Source: Octopus sinensis
Taxonomy: Eukaryota
Assembly (NCBI RefSeq): GCF_006345805.1
Contig: NC_043014.1
Span: 41,726,001-41,790,000, forward strand
Length of the DNA: 64,000 nt
Reading direction: 5' to 3'
The translations under genes and the position numbers were made by a program. Below the pieces are notes generated by a model, which was given only the letters and a program-made list of their open reading frames with translations, was not told where the DNA came from and did no database searches. The first letter of the stretch is position 1. Each line of letters starts with the position of its first letter. This document shows, piece after piece, positions 24,471 through 40,149 of the stretch.

Positions 24471-26218
24471 CATATCCTGCATGTGTGTTTGCTAAAGGGA
24501 ACGTGGTGTAGATATTTACCGGGTACTGCACAAATAAACACGCTAATTAAATTCCACAATTTTTTGGTGCAACACAGTTTATACGCAGGTAGGAAGACAG
24601 CCAAACACATTAGGCGTAAGATATGTATTCACGTGGTAAGTTGCATACGAAAATAGATGATATCATGAAGCCTTGTCTTTACTGCTGTTTCGAATAAATA
24701 ATGACCGGTGGCATAACCATATGTACTGGGTAAGAAGTTCCATTAATATTGTAGGTGTAAAGACTAGTGCAGCTATTGGGAAAAGAGCTATTTGCTAGAA
24801 TTTTCCGGCGAGAATAGCGTGATTTCGCTTCACAGGACAAATCTATGTTAGCCCATACAATATTTTTGGACGTATCACATAATATAGAAGGTTATGGGAA
24901 CATCCTTAGCTTATGCGAAACAGCTGTAAAGATTAGACTTGAAGACACCATTCATTTTTTGACGTAACATTCTATGTGAATACATTCCTGAAGTCTATCT
25001 TTGCATATGGAAAATATCCTTCCTAATATCGGTCCAGGGGTAGCAATTTCCGTGAGGAGAGGCGAGTCTGTTGCATTTACCGTAGTTTTTGACTGGTACT
25101 TATTTTAGCCAAAAGATGGAAGGTAAAATTATTTAGGTGGAATTCGATCTCAGAATGTAATGAGCCCGAAAAGGATTTTCTCTTGTGATTTAGCAGTTGG
25201 ACTAACGATCCCTTTGGTATAACCACAATACTCACAAAATAACAAAAAATTAAGTTTATGGGGTCCATTTGTTCAAAGAATAGAAATCCTTCAAGATGGT
25301 GACACAGTATGGCCGCAGTCCATGACTTAGAGAAATACACGACTAAAGCAAGTCCATAAGTAAAATATGAACAAAGAATAAGCAAAGAAGATTAATATTT
25401 TTTTAATCCTTTCGCTGTTTCAGTTATTTGACTGCAGCCATGTTGGCGCACCACCTTGAAGGGTTTTAGTCCAGCAAATTGACCCCATATCGATTTTAAA
25501 GCATACTGCTTATTCTATCGATATCTTTTACCGAACTGCTAGTTTACGGGCACGTAAACAAACCAACATCGGTTATCAAGTGGTGAAGGGAGAGGGGACA
25601 GACAGACACAAAAACATAGACATGGATATGTATTTATATATTATCGACTGCGTCTGACGTGTTATGTCAATACGCAATTGTTTGTTCATGCGTTTAATTA
25701 TATCTCTTACTCTTTAAATGGTGGACAGCAGCGTTGCTGGGGCAAGGCCATGAAGTGTTCAGTCGCGCAGATAGTATTTATTTGTTTAGAAGAGTATTTG
25801 CTCTATCGGATCCTATTTCGGAGCCGCTAAGTTACGGGGATGTAAACAAACCAGACACAGTCGATAATACACACAGACACACACACTGGAGCAATCACAA
25901 GAATAATCAACCGAAATTGCGAGGATAATCTGGTGCTTGACTGAGGATAGAGGGCTTCGAATTACCCGTCCTTGTTTTCTTTTTATTGTCTATCTGGATG
26001 TTTTGTTGTCCCTTTTTTATCACCTAGTTGTCAGGATGTTTTGCGTTCTTGTCCCGTTTTGTATTTCATATATATATATACATATATATATATATGTATA
26101 TATATATATGTATATATATATATGTATATGTATATGTGTGTGTGTATGTATATACATATATATATATATACATATATATATGTATATATATATATATGTA
26201 TATGTATATGTGTGTGTG

Positions 26219-26276
<58 letters not shown>

Positions 26277-26304
26277 CATACATGTATATATGTATATACA
26301 TATA

Positions 26305-26422
26305 TATCACGTGATCACGTGACCGACCAGTCCATCAGATGTAGTTACACATCGCTGGTCACAATGCGTTCGCATTGTTTTAGCCTTCGAATGACGCCAC
26401 CCCGCTGGCTAAGCGAGCGGCC
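26305..26422 (-). mobile_element. SINE family D, 3' part
   Basis: Reverse complement of 9085-9200 (ATCACGTGATCACGTGACCGACC..GGCTAAGCGAGC). Confidence 0.85.
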
Positions 26423-26495
26423 AATATATATATATATATATATATATACAATGTTTAAGTCATGTATATATATATATGTATATATATATGTATAT

Positions 26496-26575
<80 letters not shown>

Positions 26576-27487
26576 TATACATAAATACAAACACGCATAT
26601 ATATGCATATATACATATATATACATAAACATATATGTATATATGTGTGTATGTGCATGAGTGTGTGTGTATTAGAAACATGTGAAAGCGAGAGCGAATG
26701 AAAATGAGCGCCAGAGAACAGAAGACAAAAGAGAAAGATAGAAAGAAATTATTAGATTGAGTTAATTTCAAGGAAAATGATAGTTAAAATAAAATATTTT
26801 TGAATTTGCTCCAAGAATTTAGATATATATTCCTCAAGAATTATTCCGATGTTGTAAACCGTTCAATCAGAATGAATTAAACTCTTAAGAAAGCTTCTTG
26901 TTAAGTGAGTTAGCATCCAGCTTGGCAATTTTCTCCTAATCACACAATGCCCAAAGATTGGCAGCTGCAATGAAACGACCACGTTGGTCAGTTACACATA
27001 AACATCAGCTGTCAAAGACAATCTACATAAATGGAGTTATATTTTTAAATCACGGCCAAAACGTCTCGAATACAGAAAGCTTCTAGAACACTATTCTCTT
27101 ATCGTGACACTTTGAAGTATCGGTTTGTTCCTATTTTAGAGTACGCGTTTCACTGTTTGTAGTCATTAGCAGAGACTCATGTACTTAGCAGTAATTTGCT
27201 CTTGCTAATAAATTATCATCTTCGTTGGTTTATAATACGTATCACAATGTAATTGGATAACTATTGTTCCATATGGGATGGCGGTCGGTGAGAATCGGGG
27301 GAATCACAATAGATTCAAATAGATTTCTTTCTTTTTCTTTTTGCCTATATATTTCCCTCAACTTTTTTCCGTCTCTTCCCTATATGCATATATACATACA
27401 TACATACACATATATATATTATATATATATATAATATATATATATATATATGATATGCCTGTGTGTATGTATAAGTATATATGTATG

Positions 27488-27552
<65 letters not shown>

Positions 27553-27871
27553 GCATATATACGGTCATCATTATCGTCTTTATCGTCATCTAAATTCACA
27601 CGAACATATACTCGCTTCCAGTTAAGCATGTTTGCATGTATGTATGTATGTATGTATGTATGTATGTATGTATGTATGTATGTAGGTAAGTAGGTATGTA
27701 TGTAGTATGTATATATTTATGCATGTATGTAGGTATGTATGTATTATGTATGAATGTAGGTATGTATGTATTATGTATGAATGTATGTACGTAGGCATAT
27801 ATGTATATATACACACCGACACATACATTCAAACACTTATACTCATACACTGTGTTTGTTTAAAATATAAA

Positions 27872-27935
<64 letters not shown>

Positions 27936-28011
27936 ATATATGCATTTATATTCTTATATCTTTGAGAACATGAGAGTTAGTGTGTGTGTGTGTCTGCCCC
28001 TTTTTGTGAGC

Positions 28012-28072
<61 letters not shown>

Positions 28073-28586
28073 TTCATAAATAGAAATATGACACAAACAG
28101 CTGTACAATAGCCATTAAAATAAAAGTATTTCATTCCAACGATTCATTTACTGTGTTAGTTAATGTTTTTATTTTCTATATTGTATGTCATGATTCTCAG
28201 GATGTAAATTGAACAGTTTACAGTAAATTGATAGTTAAACTTTCAAAAAAAAACAAAAGACACACTTTCACAAAAGACACAGAAACGATTAATATTAATT
28301 CTTTTACACATCTATATTAGAATTATGGACCACTACAGTTTTATACCATCCACTGTTATGGAAATGCCGTCTTGCACATATACACAGACACGCACGATAA
28401 TGCGCGCGCATACTCACACACTCACATACAGGTGCATATTCATACATGCATATATTTGTTTTGCAAGATCCTTCATGATAAAATATGTTGTATTTTAAAT
28501 TGTTATGTTTGCAAATTGTAGTTACGCACATACAGTGTATGTACTTTATCATTAGCAAAATAACACTCGCAAGATACACAAATATA

Positions 28587-28880
28587 CAGGGTGGTCGCTA
28601 GGAAAGCGGAAACTCTGTGAAATGCCGATTTATATTTTCATAAGATCTCTCTGAGGTAAACAATAAGCGTCACAAAGCGTGATATAATATTAACACACAC
28701 AAATGTTCAAACTGTCTTCCGTGCACTTCATAAAGAGTGTTTGTTTTAATCGAGGAATCCAAGCTTGTGAGGTATTTTGAAGAGTAACTCGAAGGATGCC
28801 ATTCCAAGTTTTTATGAAGTACGTTTTCAATTCATCATTGACGGATATATGCCATGCTTGGTATGATTACGAGCTCATTC
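28587..28880. mobile_element. Tc1/mariner-type terminal fragment
   Basis: TA-CAGGGTGGTC terminus followed by AAATGTTCAAACTGTCTTCC, typical of the reverse-strand end of a Tc1-like transposase. Confidence 0.5.
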
Positions 28881-29219
28881 GATAACAGAAACTACGAATC
28901 AGAAACCAAGTATCACACAGTTTGTTGATGATCTAATTAACGCTTGTCAGTTTTGCCTTTACATTTTCCGCTTTTCTCGCAACCACCTTGTATATATTAC
29001 CAATCATCTCCTGAAGAGGGCAGCCTGACATACTGTGATACCTCCTGGCCAGTGGTTGCATACTCATTAACGTTTTTCATAAATCCCCTGCAAATTATTA
29101 TTATTAAATAACTTTTGGCTTCCGGAAATAGAAATCGAGATACAACATTGCAAAATTTCTTTCTATATCAATTTTTTCATTTATTTCTATTCTCTATTAA
29201 TCGTACTCCATGTATATAC

Positions 29220-30465
29220 TTTCAAGAAATCTTTACAATTTCAAAGATTTATTACAAAAGCAAATAAATAGTTTAATTTGTGGAAATTATTGCTAAATGA
29301 GGAATAGATATTGGGATTTTTTGCCTCATTTAAAACGTCTCTATATGGGCGCCATCAAGACTAGCATTAGTCTTATGAACTGTGGCAATGGCATCATTGC
29401 CACTGTTCGTTGATGTCCCGTATCTGTTCGATACACGATGTCTTTAACATAACTCCATAGAAAATAGTTCAGATGAGTGATATCCGAGGAACGAGGTAGG
29501 CAGGGACACAACCGGCCTGGAAATGTCCCATCGAATCCACAGGTTTGGAAATGTTTAATTTAGGAACCAACGAACATGCAGTCCTTAATGTGGTGGTACA
29601 CCATCTTGCTGGAAAATGGTTGTTGGTTGAAGATCATCCAGTTGTAGTACTACATATTCAGTCAATAGGTCATGGTAAACATTTTCAGAAATTGATCTCT
29701 CTGCAAAGAAAAATGATACAGTGATTCAACAGCACATCATCCACACCAGACATTCACCTTTCGTCTATCTCGTTGAAGTTCTCTAATCACATGGGAGTTT
29801 TCTGATCCCCGAGTCCTCCCTCACATTATATATAATGTGTGTTCAGTTTCCCCGTAACATGAAAGGTTGCCTCATCACTAAAATAAACTCGAATGCCGAA
29901 CGCTGCATACAATTCTTTCCAGCACGATAACTGCAAATTCTTTTCGTCTTGGTTTATCATTCGGTGAAAGAGTTGCACTTTGTAAGTGTGCAATTACAAG
30001 TTGTTTTGTAGGACGTTGTGCACTGTTTCACATGATAACTGTCTGACAGGACTTTATATGTGAACTTGCAAAGTCTTATCTTATACGATCGATGTTTTCC
30101 GCAGATAATTTTGGTCGTCCACTGTCCCCTTTATACAACACTGTTCTTGTTTCCATAAATTTCTTGTGCCATGTACACATTGACGGTGGATGTCCTCCAT
30201 ACTTAATCCTGTAGTTTCTTTGGGTCTGCGTGTCCGATTTTGCTTCAATAAACCACAACATACATTGTGCCTTTATTTGAGGAGTAGTCATTTTTATAGG
30301 GTTTCATTTAACCGAACATTGTTCATCAACTGGGTACCTCAAAAATACAAATGCAATGCGGTTAGAACCTTTGATGACCACTGTATCCAAATCTTATAAA
30401 TACATTCCATTAATTGCCTTTATAATAAATTTTTGAAATTGTAAAGAGATTTTATGGACACTCTG
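29220..30465 (-). mobile_element. Nearly full-length decayed Tc1/mariner (maT/DD37D-like) transposon
   Basis: Inverted termini TCTTTACAATTTCAAAGATTTATTACAAAAGC (29230) and GCCTTTATAATAAATTTTTGAAATTGTAAAGA (30416); right end GGACACTCTG at 30465. Confidence 0.85.
29330..30291 (-). pseudogene. Transposase pseudogene
   Basis: MTTPQIKAQCMLWFIEAKSDTQTQRNY..SGRPKLSAENIDRIR..FSDEATFH..IFQQDGVPPH..PRSSDITHLNYFLWSYVKD..DGAHIETF*, with stops and frameshifts. Confidence 0.85.
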
Positions 30466-31299
30466 CATATATACATACAGAAATTAATATTTCAGCCATC
30501 TTTCTTTCTCTCTGTCAGAGCTTGTACCTCCGCGTTCACCAGCTCAAATTTTTCAGGCTTAGCAGCCCTTCCTGCTTGTTTTCACTGTCCTGTTTGTGTT
30601 ACTAAATTTGACCCTCCGCAAAATCTCAAATTTTATTTAATTTGCTTTGTGGGGGCAATTGTTATGCCGAAAACGTATCTTGTCAATTACTCGAAATACG
30701 AAGTAGAAAAACAGCCGACAACTGATGTTGCTTGTTTTGTTTTCCTTTTGTTTCTTTCGATGTACGAATAAAAAGTTCGAATTCCATGTTTTCGTTTTTC
30801 ATGTTGATTACGTTCTGTTGTGTCCTGTGCCCATATATTCATGTGTATATACATACATATATATGTACATAAATGTATGTATATGTATTTATATATTATT
30901 TTATTGTTTATATTATATATATATTATGGCGATTTGTTTCTGATTGCTGTTAACCAGTGCAGACGAAGAACGCCCTCTTTTTACCTCGATTCACAAATGA
31001 AGGTCAAACTTCTGAAATGTTGAATTTTTTCCCTCCTCTAAGTAATCAAAATTATCAATATTTGAAATATGTGTGAATCTGCTCCAATATCTCGCTTGAT
31101 GCTAAATCAATTGTCTTTATCAGAGGGCATAGCTGATTTGAGGTGAAATCTCTATATTTGCATAGGATGTGAAAAACAAAACATCTCCTCTTCCCTTTTC
31201 TTCATCTTGTTCTTCTTCTTGTTATTCATTTTTGCTTTTTGTTGTTGTTGTTGTTCTCCTTCTTTTTCTTCAACTTTGTCTTTTTCTTCTTCTTTCCGT

Positions 31300-31334
<35 letters not shown>

Positions 31335-34300
31335 GCATACATATGTGAGAAATATATATTCCTTATCTTTTACTTGTTTCAGTCATTGGAATGCGGCCAT
31401 GCTTGAGCACCGCCTTGAAGAATTTAGTCGATATTTTGATATTCTACACATACCCAGTCACGACCCTCAAATTTATATCTGCAATCTGTTTAGGCAACGC
31501 AAACAATGCTTGCATGTTTATTCGGTGATTAGAATTCCATCTTGCTCACTAGAGCGTCACTCGTAAATTCGACAGTGCTCCTGATAATTTCAGCATCGTT
31601 GCCAGCTACTTAGTCTATGATATTGAAACGTTTTACACGTCTGGGTCGTATTGCATGCTGCGTACTGCCAGAGATATTTGGATTGGTAGCACAGTATCAT
31701 TTCATTCATTCGGCCACCGGCTGTTTTTCCACTCTTTCTGCTATTTACGTACATACTTACGTTAGTACGTACCTGTGTACGTTCACATATCTGTATAAGT
31801 GCATGTGGTCGTTTGTCTATCTGTGCGTGATGGAGTGAGTAATGCAAACGCGCTGTGTGAGAGTGTAATAGGTGCTACTTGATTAATATATATTGAAACA
31901 TAAAAAAATCGTGTGTGTCTTTCAAGTGTCTTTGAAGTCTGGTACTGTTACACATAATATTTTTTGTTTTTGCACATAGATCAATGAGGAATTTCACAGT
32001 GGCGTCAATCGCATGAAAATCAATAGTTAAGTTGTTATTAACTTATATGTTATAGTGAGAAATTAATAGGTATTTGAAAATGATATTGCAGTAAATAAAA
32101 TATAACATCAGCTAAGCAACGAATACGATTTTAATTATTTCGGCAGTACATGGGTCAACACCAAACTTGTTTTAATATTAATAGTCCTTGTCAGTTTCGC
32201 ATAGATATCAATATATTTGCCTAAGAAATGATGGGGGAACCAGTTATTAAATCTGCAATATTATACACCATCTCGCTTCAGTTTACTGTTCTTCCACGTG
32301 AAGATATTTAGCCGTTTATATTTATTTTACCATAATTTCATGGATGAAACTAATTTTATGCGCCCAGGATTTAAACGGTTTAAGAATACGAATTTTAGAT
32401 GATGAACAGCGTAGCGTAAATTGTATATGACTCGAGGTTACAATCATGGTTTCAAATAAAAGTACAAGGCCAGTAATATAAGGAGAAATGTTAGTTGATA
32501 AACCAACCCTGGTACCTCGCTGGTACTGATTTTATTGAAGCCACTCTCTAAGGATGAATGAAAAAAATCAACTTCGCAGCATCTGAATTCAGAACTTAAA
32601 GAGCTGGAAGAAATATCTCTAACATGTTTCCCGACGTGATAATGGTTCTATTAGTTCTCTGCTCTAATGAAAGAAATAATAAAATTTCTAAATGCATTTG
32701 TATATGTGTTTTTGTAAGTGTTTGTGTGTGTGTGTGCTTTTGCGCGTGTGTTTGTGAGCACGTAAGTGTGTATTTAGTTTCTAAATGCTACATTTTGACT
32801 TCACTACACGCAATGATTTGTGGTCAACTCTCATGTCAAAATAATTAAAAATCGGAATATAGGAATGCCGTTTAAAAGAGAAGAAAAGAAGAATAGAAAT
32901 GGGGAAATATGGGAGAGGTAATTGTGCGCTAATTGTAATTGAAAAGAAAATTTAACAAAAAAAACAAGACAAAAAAAATAATAGCAAACAAGAAACGTTC
33001 AACGTAGCAGCAAAAAGAAAGAAAATTTACTATTCGGAGCAATCTTTAAACAGAATTTATAGAAGAAAGGATTGACGCTGAAGACGTGATGGAATAGAGA
33101 AAATGAAGAATAATGAACCATTAAAAAAAACGTACGCAGGATAATCACAGAAGGGAGCGCAAAAGCGAATAAACATCAATATGCAAAGATTGATATTTAT
33201 AGGGGAGGTTAATTGGGAATTGTTATGATGAGGGAGCATGCGTTGGAATTAAGGTGATCAAATATAGCCATCAAATTCAAAGAGAGATTAATTTAAGTAT
33301 ATTTCCATAAATCATTGTAACACCAGTTAATATTCGATTCATCGCATATTTTTCAAGAAATAAGTTTAGAGAACAAGTCAATGCCGTCTCTTCCAGGTTT
33401 TTCATTACTGTCGGGCATAAAAATAGAATTCAAATCATAAATCGAACATACTTAAAGATTCAAAGCGGGTGTCAGAAGCACATAAGTAGTTAAACCGAAA
33501 TTCAAAAATATATAAGGATTTAATACTTAAACCCTTATTTACTTTCTATAGATTTTAAAACGTAACCTATTGTCCTCGTGAGAGGAATTCTATGCGGAAA
33601 CTACGTAGAATCCCATTTAAAATAGACGAGTATATGTATGAAGCTACTACATCGTAGAAGAGCTATTTTTCGCCATCTTAAAATCTTACAAAACAGAAAT
33701 TTTCTCTTCATTTATCCAATGAAGTGTCGAACTCCTTTGAAGTATTTAAAGATTTCGTCAAATATAAACATTCAAAATAGAAATCCCAAACAGCAAATAG
33801 TGGAAACTTAAAAGCTTGATGAAGATATTTGATGTCATGTTATAAACTGCAGGCTGAACGATTAGGAAGTTCTCTTCGCAAGCACAAAATCCTTAGGTTC
33901 CATCATTTTCTATAACCTCGAGACAACCCAGAGCTTGCGAGCTAAACTGGGTTGGCGGAGACTAGATAGAATTCCGAATGGTGGGTTGTATCGTTTGATG
34001 TTCACATGAGGACACTGGTTTCCTATGTTCAAAACCATTGCAATATTTCAAGTGATTATATTATGATCATAATGAAGGTGGCAAGGTGGAAGAATCGTTA
34101 ACAGACCTGGGAAAATGCTTAGCGGCATTTTGTCCGCCTTCTCATTCGGAGTTCAAATTCCACCGCGATCGTCTTTGTCTTTCATCCTTTTGGAGTCGAT
34201 AAAATAAGTACCACTATCCCCTTCTACCAAATTTCAGGCCGTGTGCCTGTAGTAGAAATTATGATCACAATGATCAATATATTAAATAGTTCATAAAGGG

Positions 34301-34590
34301 GGATAATCGATTTTGTTAGTGTGGCGTTTTTCTTACACTATTGAAGGATTATTTATTTAGACGACGCTAGTATACTCAACGTAATAAACCAAGAAATTTG
34401 AAATATTTAAATAAAATTGCACCTGTTTGGATGAGAAACTTATATAAAAATAGCTAGCGGAAGATGGCGTAGAAATGTTAATTGATTTCTATTAGTTGAA
34501 TATTCAATGGAGTGAGAAATGATGACAAATATGGGAATTATTCAAACTCCTGAAGGAAGCAAAGTGTAAAATCTTAGAATAAATACAATA

Positions 34591-34836
34591 CAGTAATCTC
34601 TCGTCTATCGCGGGTGTTAAATTCCAAAATCATCGCGATTGGTGAAAATCCGCGAAGTAGAAACAGTACTGTACTGTATATATTTTAAAATCATTTTTAT
34701 AATTTGTATATATTTATATTATTATAAATGCAAAACAACACCACGGAGGAATCGACGCAAGCTTAATAAACTGCCATAGGTGAACCGCGATAGGTGAAAT
34801 GCGATAGGTGAACCGCGATGTGGTGAGAGAGTTATG
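34591..34836. mobile_element. pogo/Tigger-like MITE
   Basis: TA-CAGTAATCTCTCGTCTATCGCGG start, degenerate inverted end CCGCGATGTGGTGAGAGAGTTATG, internal GCGATAGGTGAA repeats. Confidence 0.55.
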
Positions 34837-35847
34837 TGAATACATAATATTTTCAGTATGAACACTGGCGGGTTTAAAATATAAGAAGTATAACCTAGGA
34901 AAATATTACGCTGAAGTTACACTTTTATACAAGAGCACAATGACAGCTTACATTTTGATTTCAGACACTGAATTTAATCTGAACTGAAACTGTTTGAAAT
35001 TTCGTTGGTTGCAAGTTCTCTGCTATCTCGTTGTTGTTTTCTGTTTCTGTTTTGTAAAATATAAGTGTGATGTATGGTGAGTTGATTGACTTCGGCTTCT
35101 TGACATCGGTCATTATTATTCAATTCCAGTGGGGGTGAGCGAGGTTGATATGGACATCTCTAGAAATAGATGCAAAGAGAATTTCAGAGTTTTCGTATGA
35201 CTTTAAGGTGGCAAAAATTGCTTATATAGTGTCTTATAGTATCTTCCACATCAACACTTACGTATATTCATAGGGAATTCGTATCCCAAATTCCTTTTCA
35301 AAAGGAAATGTCGCGTTTTAAAATGTAGCTAACTGAGTCGTAAGTGCATCAGAACATGAGATTATATGGCTATAAACTAATCGTTTTAATCTCAGAGCTA
35401 AGACTATGAGTGGTTTTTCCAAAGGATTGCAAGCCAGTATTCTTTAAATGGTCATGAACGATGACATACATAATTTACCTTCGAAAGTGAATGTGATTAT
35501 ACATGAATATAATTTCAGCATACCTGTACATAAAACCAACCTTCATATTATTGAAAACACGATAATAATATATTCATACTGGCAATCAGCATCTTGAAAT
35601 AAAAAAAATTCTAGACCTATAAATTACAAGTAAATTAATAAAAGAAATTTAATTGGAAGATCGATTGCAATTTATTATCAATATGTCCCATCTTGCTTTT
35701 CTCTTTGAAAACAAGATTTAAAAAAGATATTTTTAACCCACGAAAATGGTTCAAACAAAATTGTACGAACCATTTGGAAGATTCATTGTGATGACTGAGT
35801 CCACTAAGGGCAATCGCATTCTGTACTAGGCAAGTATGTCTTCAGGA

Positions 35848-36247
35848 GGCGCAGGAGTGGCTGTGAGGTAAGTAGCTTGCTTACCAACCACATGGTTCTG
35901 GGTTCAGTCCCACTGCGTGGCCCATTGGGCTAGTGTATTCTACTATAGCCTCGGGCCGACCAAAGCCTTGTGAGTGGGTTTGGTAGATGGAAACTGAAAG
36001 AAGCCCGTCGTATATATATGTACATATATATGTGTGTGTGTGTGTGTTTGTGTGTCTGTGTTTGTCCCCTCACCATCGCTTGACAACATATGTTGGTGTG
36101 CTTACGTCCCCGTAACTTAGCGGTTCGGCAAAAGAAACCGATAAAATAAGTAACAGACTTACAAAGAATAAGTCCTGGGGTCGATTTGCTCGACTAAAGG
36201 CGCTCCAGCATGGCCATAGTCAAATGACTGAAACAAGTAAAAGAGTA
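35848..36247 (+). mobile_element. SINE family A, full length
   Basis: Head, core, internal (TA)/(TG)n and tail as in 1748-2396. Confidence 0.9.
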
Positions 36248-37506
36248 GGTTGGATTGTCCAAGGAGACTTGTTATGGAAAAAAAATTGCTGCAAATTATC
36301 ATTCTTCATACTACCAATGTTGTTTAAAGGTAAAGCACTGCCTGGATTTAGCGCCAGTCTTGTCCCGGGTGAATTCCTTGGTTTTTGAACACTGCAATGT
36401 GTCAAGTAAATGTGGTTAGACACCTTTCCTCCCGCGATTTAATGATGCTACGAATCCATCAGCCTGAGCTTAAACTTTTATTTTATGGATCTCGGAAGGA
36501 CGAATGTCAAGGTTAAATTCAGGAGGATTTCGACTGAACATAACGATCCAGGAAAAATCGAAGGGTATTTTGTGTAGTATTGCAACGATTCTGCTAATAA
36601 CCTGCCCGATATAGTACTGTATATAAATAAGATATTCACTTCATTAAAACGTATTTAATTTGGATATAATCAAATCGTTTGAGTGTATCTAATTTTTGTT
36701 GGAAATTATAAAGTCATTATATGAAGAGATGAGGTTTGAAAAAATAATTAATAGATATGGTATCGATTCTTCGAGCCTTAAGGCGATTGCCCAACATTTT
36801 GTTACTTTTTCCAATGTAAAGCCGAAAAAAATGCTCACATACAAACACAAACACAACTAACACGTTTGTGTTTGTGCGTCTTAAATTGATTTTATAACAT
36901 GCGATATTATAAACTGATTAAGCTGTACGAGAAAAAAATGTTTTCACTGTTTTGTGGTAATCACAACACCTCCTCTATCTTCAGGATTTTACATTTAACG
37001 TTATACACTGCATTATACGAATATGTTTTATAAATTTCTTACGCTGATATTTCTTCGTGTAACGTTTTAACGTTTCAAATATTTTTAACGATTCATGTTC
37101 TCAAAGTTTTTTATTTTTTCTAAACTGAATTTGCAATATCAATTAATTATTCCCTTGAAGTTTTCTTTAAAAATAAAATATTTCATTCATACAATTTTTA
37201 TAAGAGGCGTAGGAAGACATCGAAATCAATATTTGTTTAAAATTTCATAAATCTTCTCCTATTCTCGTTTTTCAGCCGTTACTTCGTACGATATAATCCA
37301 AAATAACACAATTTGGCTGACGTACCATGAATATATGTACGCATTACTATTCACTGCAAAAGATATGCAATATGTTGATAATATGTCCCTAATTATATGC
37401 TGGGAAATAAATGTAGTCAGTTATATGTATATTTATATATATGTGCGTGTGTATGTATGTATGTGTGAGTGCGTTGTGCATGTGCATATATATATATATA
37501 TATATA

Positions 37507-37710
37507 GTTAATTCAAACAAGAAAGCACAAAAAACACAGCAACGCAAGGACGTGGAACAAATATAGTATTATTGGACGCTCAGGAAAGAAGGTAAGAAGG
37601 TGGGTTTAACGTTTCGAGCGGAGCTCTTCGTCGGAAACATAGGAGAAGGAAAGATCCAGAGAAGGGAAGACAAAGGAAAAAAATCGCCAACGGTACACAC
37701 GAGGTCACAT
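37507..37710 (-). mobile_element. Small non-autonomous element with a hammerhead-like motif (copy 2)
   Basis: Homologous to 1960-2150; flanked by (TA)n on both sides. Confidence 0.7.
37604..37640 (-). ncRNA. Minimal type I hammerhead ribozyme-like motif (U4C variant)
   Basis: Minus strand GTTT-CCGACGA-A-GAGC-TCC-GCTC-GAAA-CG-TT-AAAC: stem I GTTT/AAAC, stem II GAGC/GCTC, palindromic stem III ACGT, site GUU. Confidence 0.6.
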
Positions 37711-37754
37711 ATATATATATATGTGTGTGTATGTATATATATATATGCACACAC

Positions 37755-37844
<90 letters not shown>

Positions 37845-38199
37845 TACACATACACATACATATATTTATGTATATATATATATACATTAGAAGAAATGAG
37901 GTACTCAGAAATCTGGATGGTTTTATATTTACAGATATATCATATAATATATAATAGCGCTTTCGTCCACTCTAGTGGAGTTTTCAAATTGAACTTTTGC
38001 AGGAATTTTGTCTCTTTTTATAGTATTATTGAGTGTGTAGGAGTGGGGAGAGATATAAGATAGTACAAGAGGGGAGGAAAGGGGAGAAAGTGAGAGAGAG
38101 CGCGTGCGTGTGTGTGAGCATGTGTGTGTGTGTGTGTTTGTATCTGAAAATTGTTTTAAAGAAAAAGAGAAGGCAATGAAGAAGGAGAGAAAGAAGCTG

Positions 38200-39490
38200 G
38201 TCAGGCTTTCAATAGTAAGTGAATCTTGGCTTTTAGAAATAGCAAACACAGCTGGACACTCCAAGGGGGACAAAATGTCACTTTTCAAAATATTGTCTGG
38301 ATTTCCTTTTCATCATTGTTTTGTGAGAGAGGATGCATATCAGCTGATTACAATGCGGGGATATGTTAGCAAAAAGCTCCAGGAAGACTGCAGCAATGAT
38401 AATCAAAGCAGTCTATCGTGAATCAACAACCGGATTACTAACTCTCATTTTGAACAAGATGTGGTTGCAATCTAGGAACAGGAAATAGCAACCAAACTCT
38501 TCTTGCACAAATGGGATAGAGAGATAGGACTAACACCAAAATGTGATAAACTATGCAGATTATGTGGAATTAACACCGAAGATATAACCCAAATCATAAG
38601 CAGTTGTCCAAAAAATGTCATCACATTATTATCTACAGATGAAACATGATGCTGTGGCTACGATACTGTATCATGAGATCGATCGGAAGAATAATACTCC
38701 TGAAGCCAAATAAATAATATCTAACAGTATGGTAGAAACCATGGCCACTCATATGAGAGTATTGGTGGATGTCCGAGTGAAAACCGTAGTAAAATGCCAA
38801 CATAATAGACAATTCATAATGATTTGGGACAGAAAATTCAACCTATTAAAAATATATTTCTTTACTACCCACAAGGGACTAAACACAGAGGGGGCAAACA
38901 AGGACAAACGGATTAAGTCGATTACATCGACCCCATTGCGTAACTGGTACTTAGTTTATCGACCCCGAAAGGATGAAAGGCAAAGTCGACCTCGGCGGGT
39001 TACCTAGTGGGTGTCAACATAAAGCTATAACGATCAGCGAAAAAGGAAACACCGAAGCTTGACTAAATTTTCAGCTATTCTAAGCGGATCACAAGTCCAA
39101 ATTTGCGCCTGTAATTATTGTGTCACTGGGATATGTAACAGACTGTCTAAGCATCAATCGTGAAAGCTAAAGCTTCTCAAAACCAGAAAGCAGAAAGATA
39201 CTTAAAACATGAAAGATTCAAGCCACCACTGGAACTGTAAACATTTATGTAAAACTTTCCAGAAGTTTAGTACTTAAGTATATATACGCATGTCTAGACA
39301 TGAAATTGTATGCATGAGAATACATACATAAAACAAAGCATAGAAATCTGCACATGCACTGGCTGCAAACATTGCATATATACACATAAAATGCATAAAT
39401 ATCTTGTTAATGTTTAAAATTCCAAAAGAAGGAAACTTGGATCTCGATTAGAACCAGCTCTTTCTCTCTTGGTAAGAAATCTAGAAATAG
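38200..39490 (+). mobile_element. R4/Dong-like (RLE) non-LTR retrotransposon 3' region, interrupted by a SINE B piece (38865-39000)
   Basis: EQEIATKL..KCDKLCRLCGINTEDITQIISSCP..KHDAVA (zinc-knuckle-like) and APVII..TGTV region, then a 3'UTR shared with the 45790-46745 copies. Confidence 0.7.
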
Positions 39491-39900
39491 ATCTGAATAA
39501 CTAACGAGATAAATAAATAGAGAGAGAGAGAGAGAAAGAGAGATGTTTGTGTGTATATGTGAGAGTATGTACCTCTCTGACGTGGTGTTTGTCCCCCATC
39601 GATTCATCACGGTTCCTGGGATATTTATGCGCCTTCTAAGCCAGTCGTTCGGTCAACAGAGTAAGTACAAAGTATCAAAGAAATATTAGAGTAGATTTCT
39701 TCGACAAATCCCTTCACAGCGATACCACAGCATGGCCACTTTCCGATGAAGGAAATAAGTAAAAAAAAAAGGAAGAAATAAACATTACAAAACATACACA
39801 CACACAAACATACACATATGGTTATGAGTATACTGACATGCACAGTTATTCATATACATACATAATTATATGAATAAATATATATACTTACATACATAAT

Positions 39901-39977
<77 letters not shown>

Positions 39978-40149
39978 ATTATTATATTATATATATATGA
40001 ATAACTATCACTTTTCCATCTTCCTGGAGAGTGAAGACTTTAAACTTGGAATATAAATTAGAAAAGTTTTCAGCTTTCACGATAATTAGGTTCGTTTGTG
40101 CATATGATCAAGTGTTTTGTGTGTGAGAGGTGTTTATATATATATATGC

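Noticed and set aside
30520-30760. Possible plus-strand terminal exon (..LVPPRSPAQIFQA*)
   Set aside because: Only an acceptor-like site and a short frame; no linking exon or family recognised
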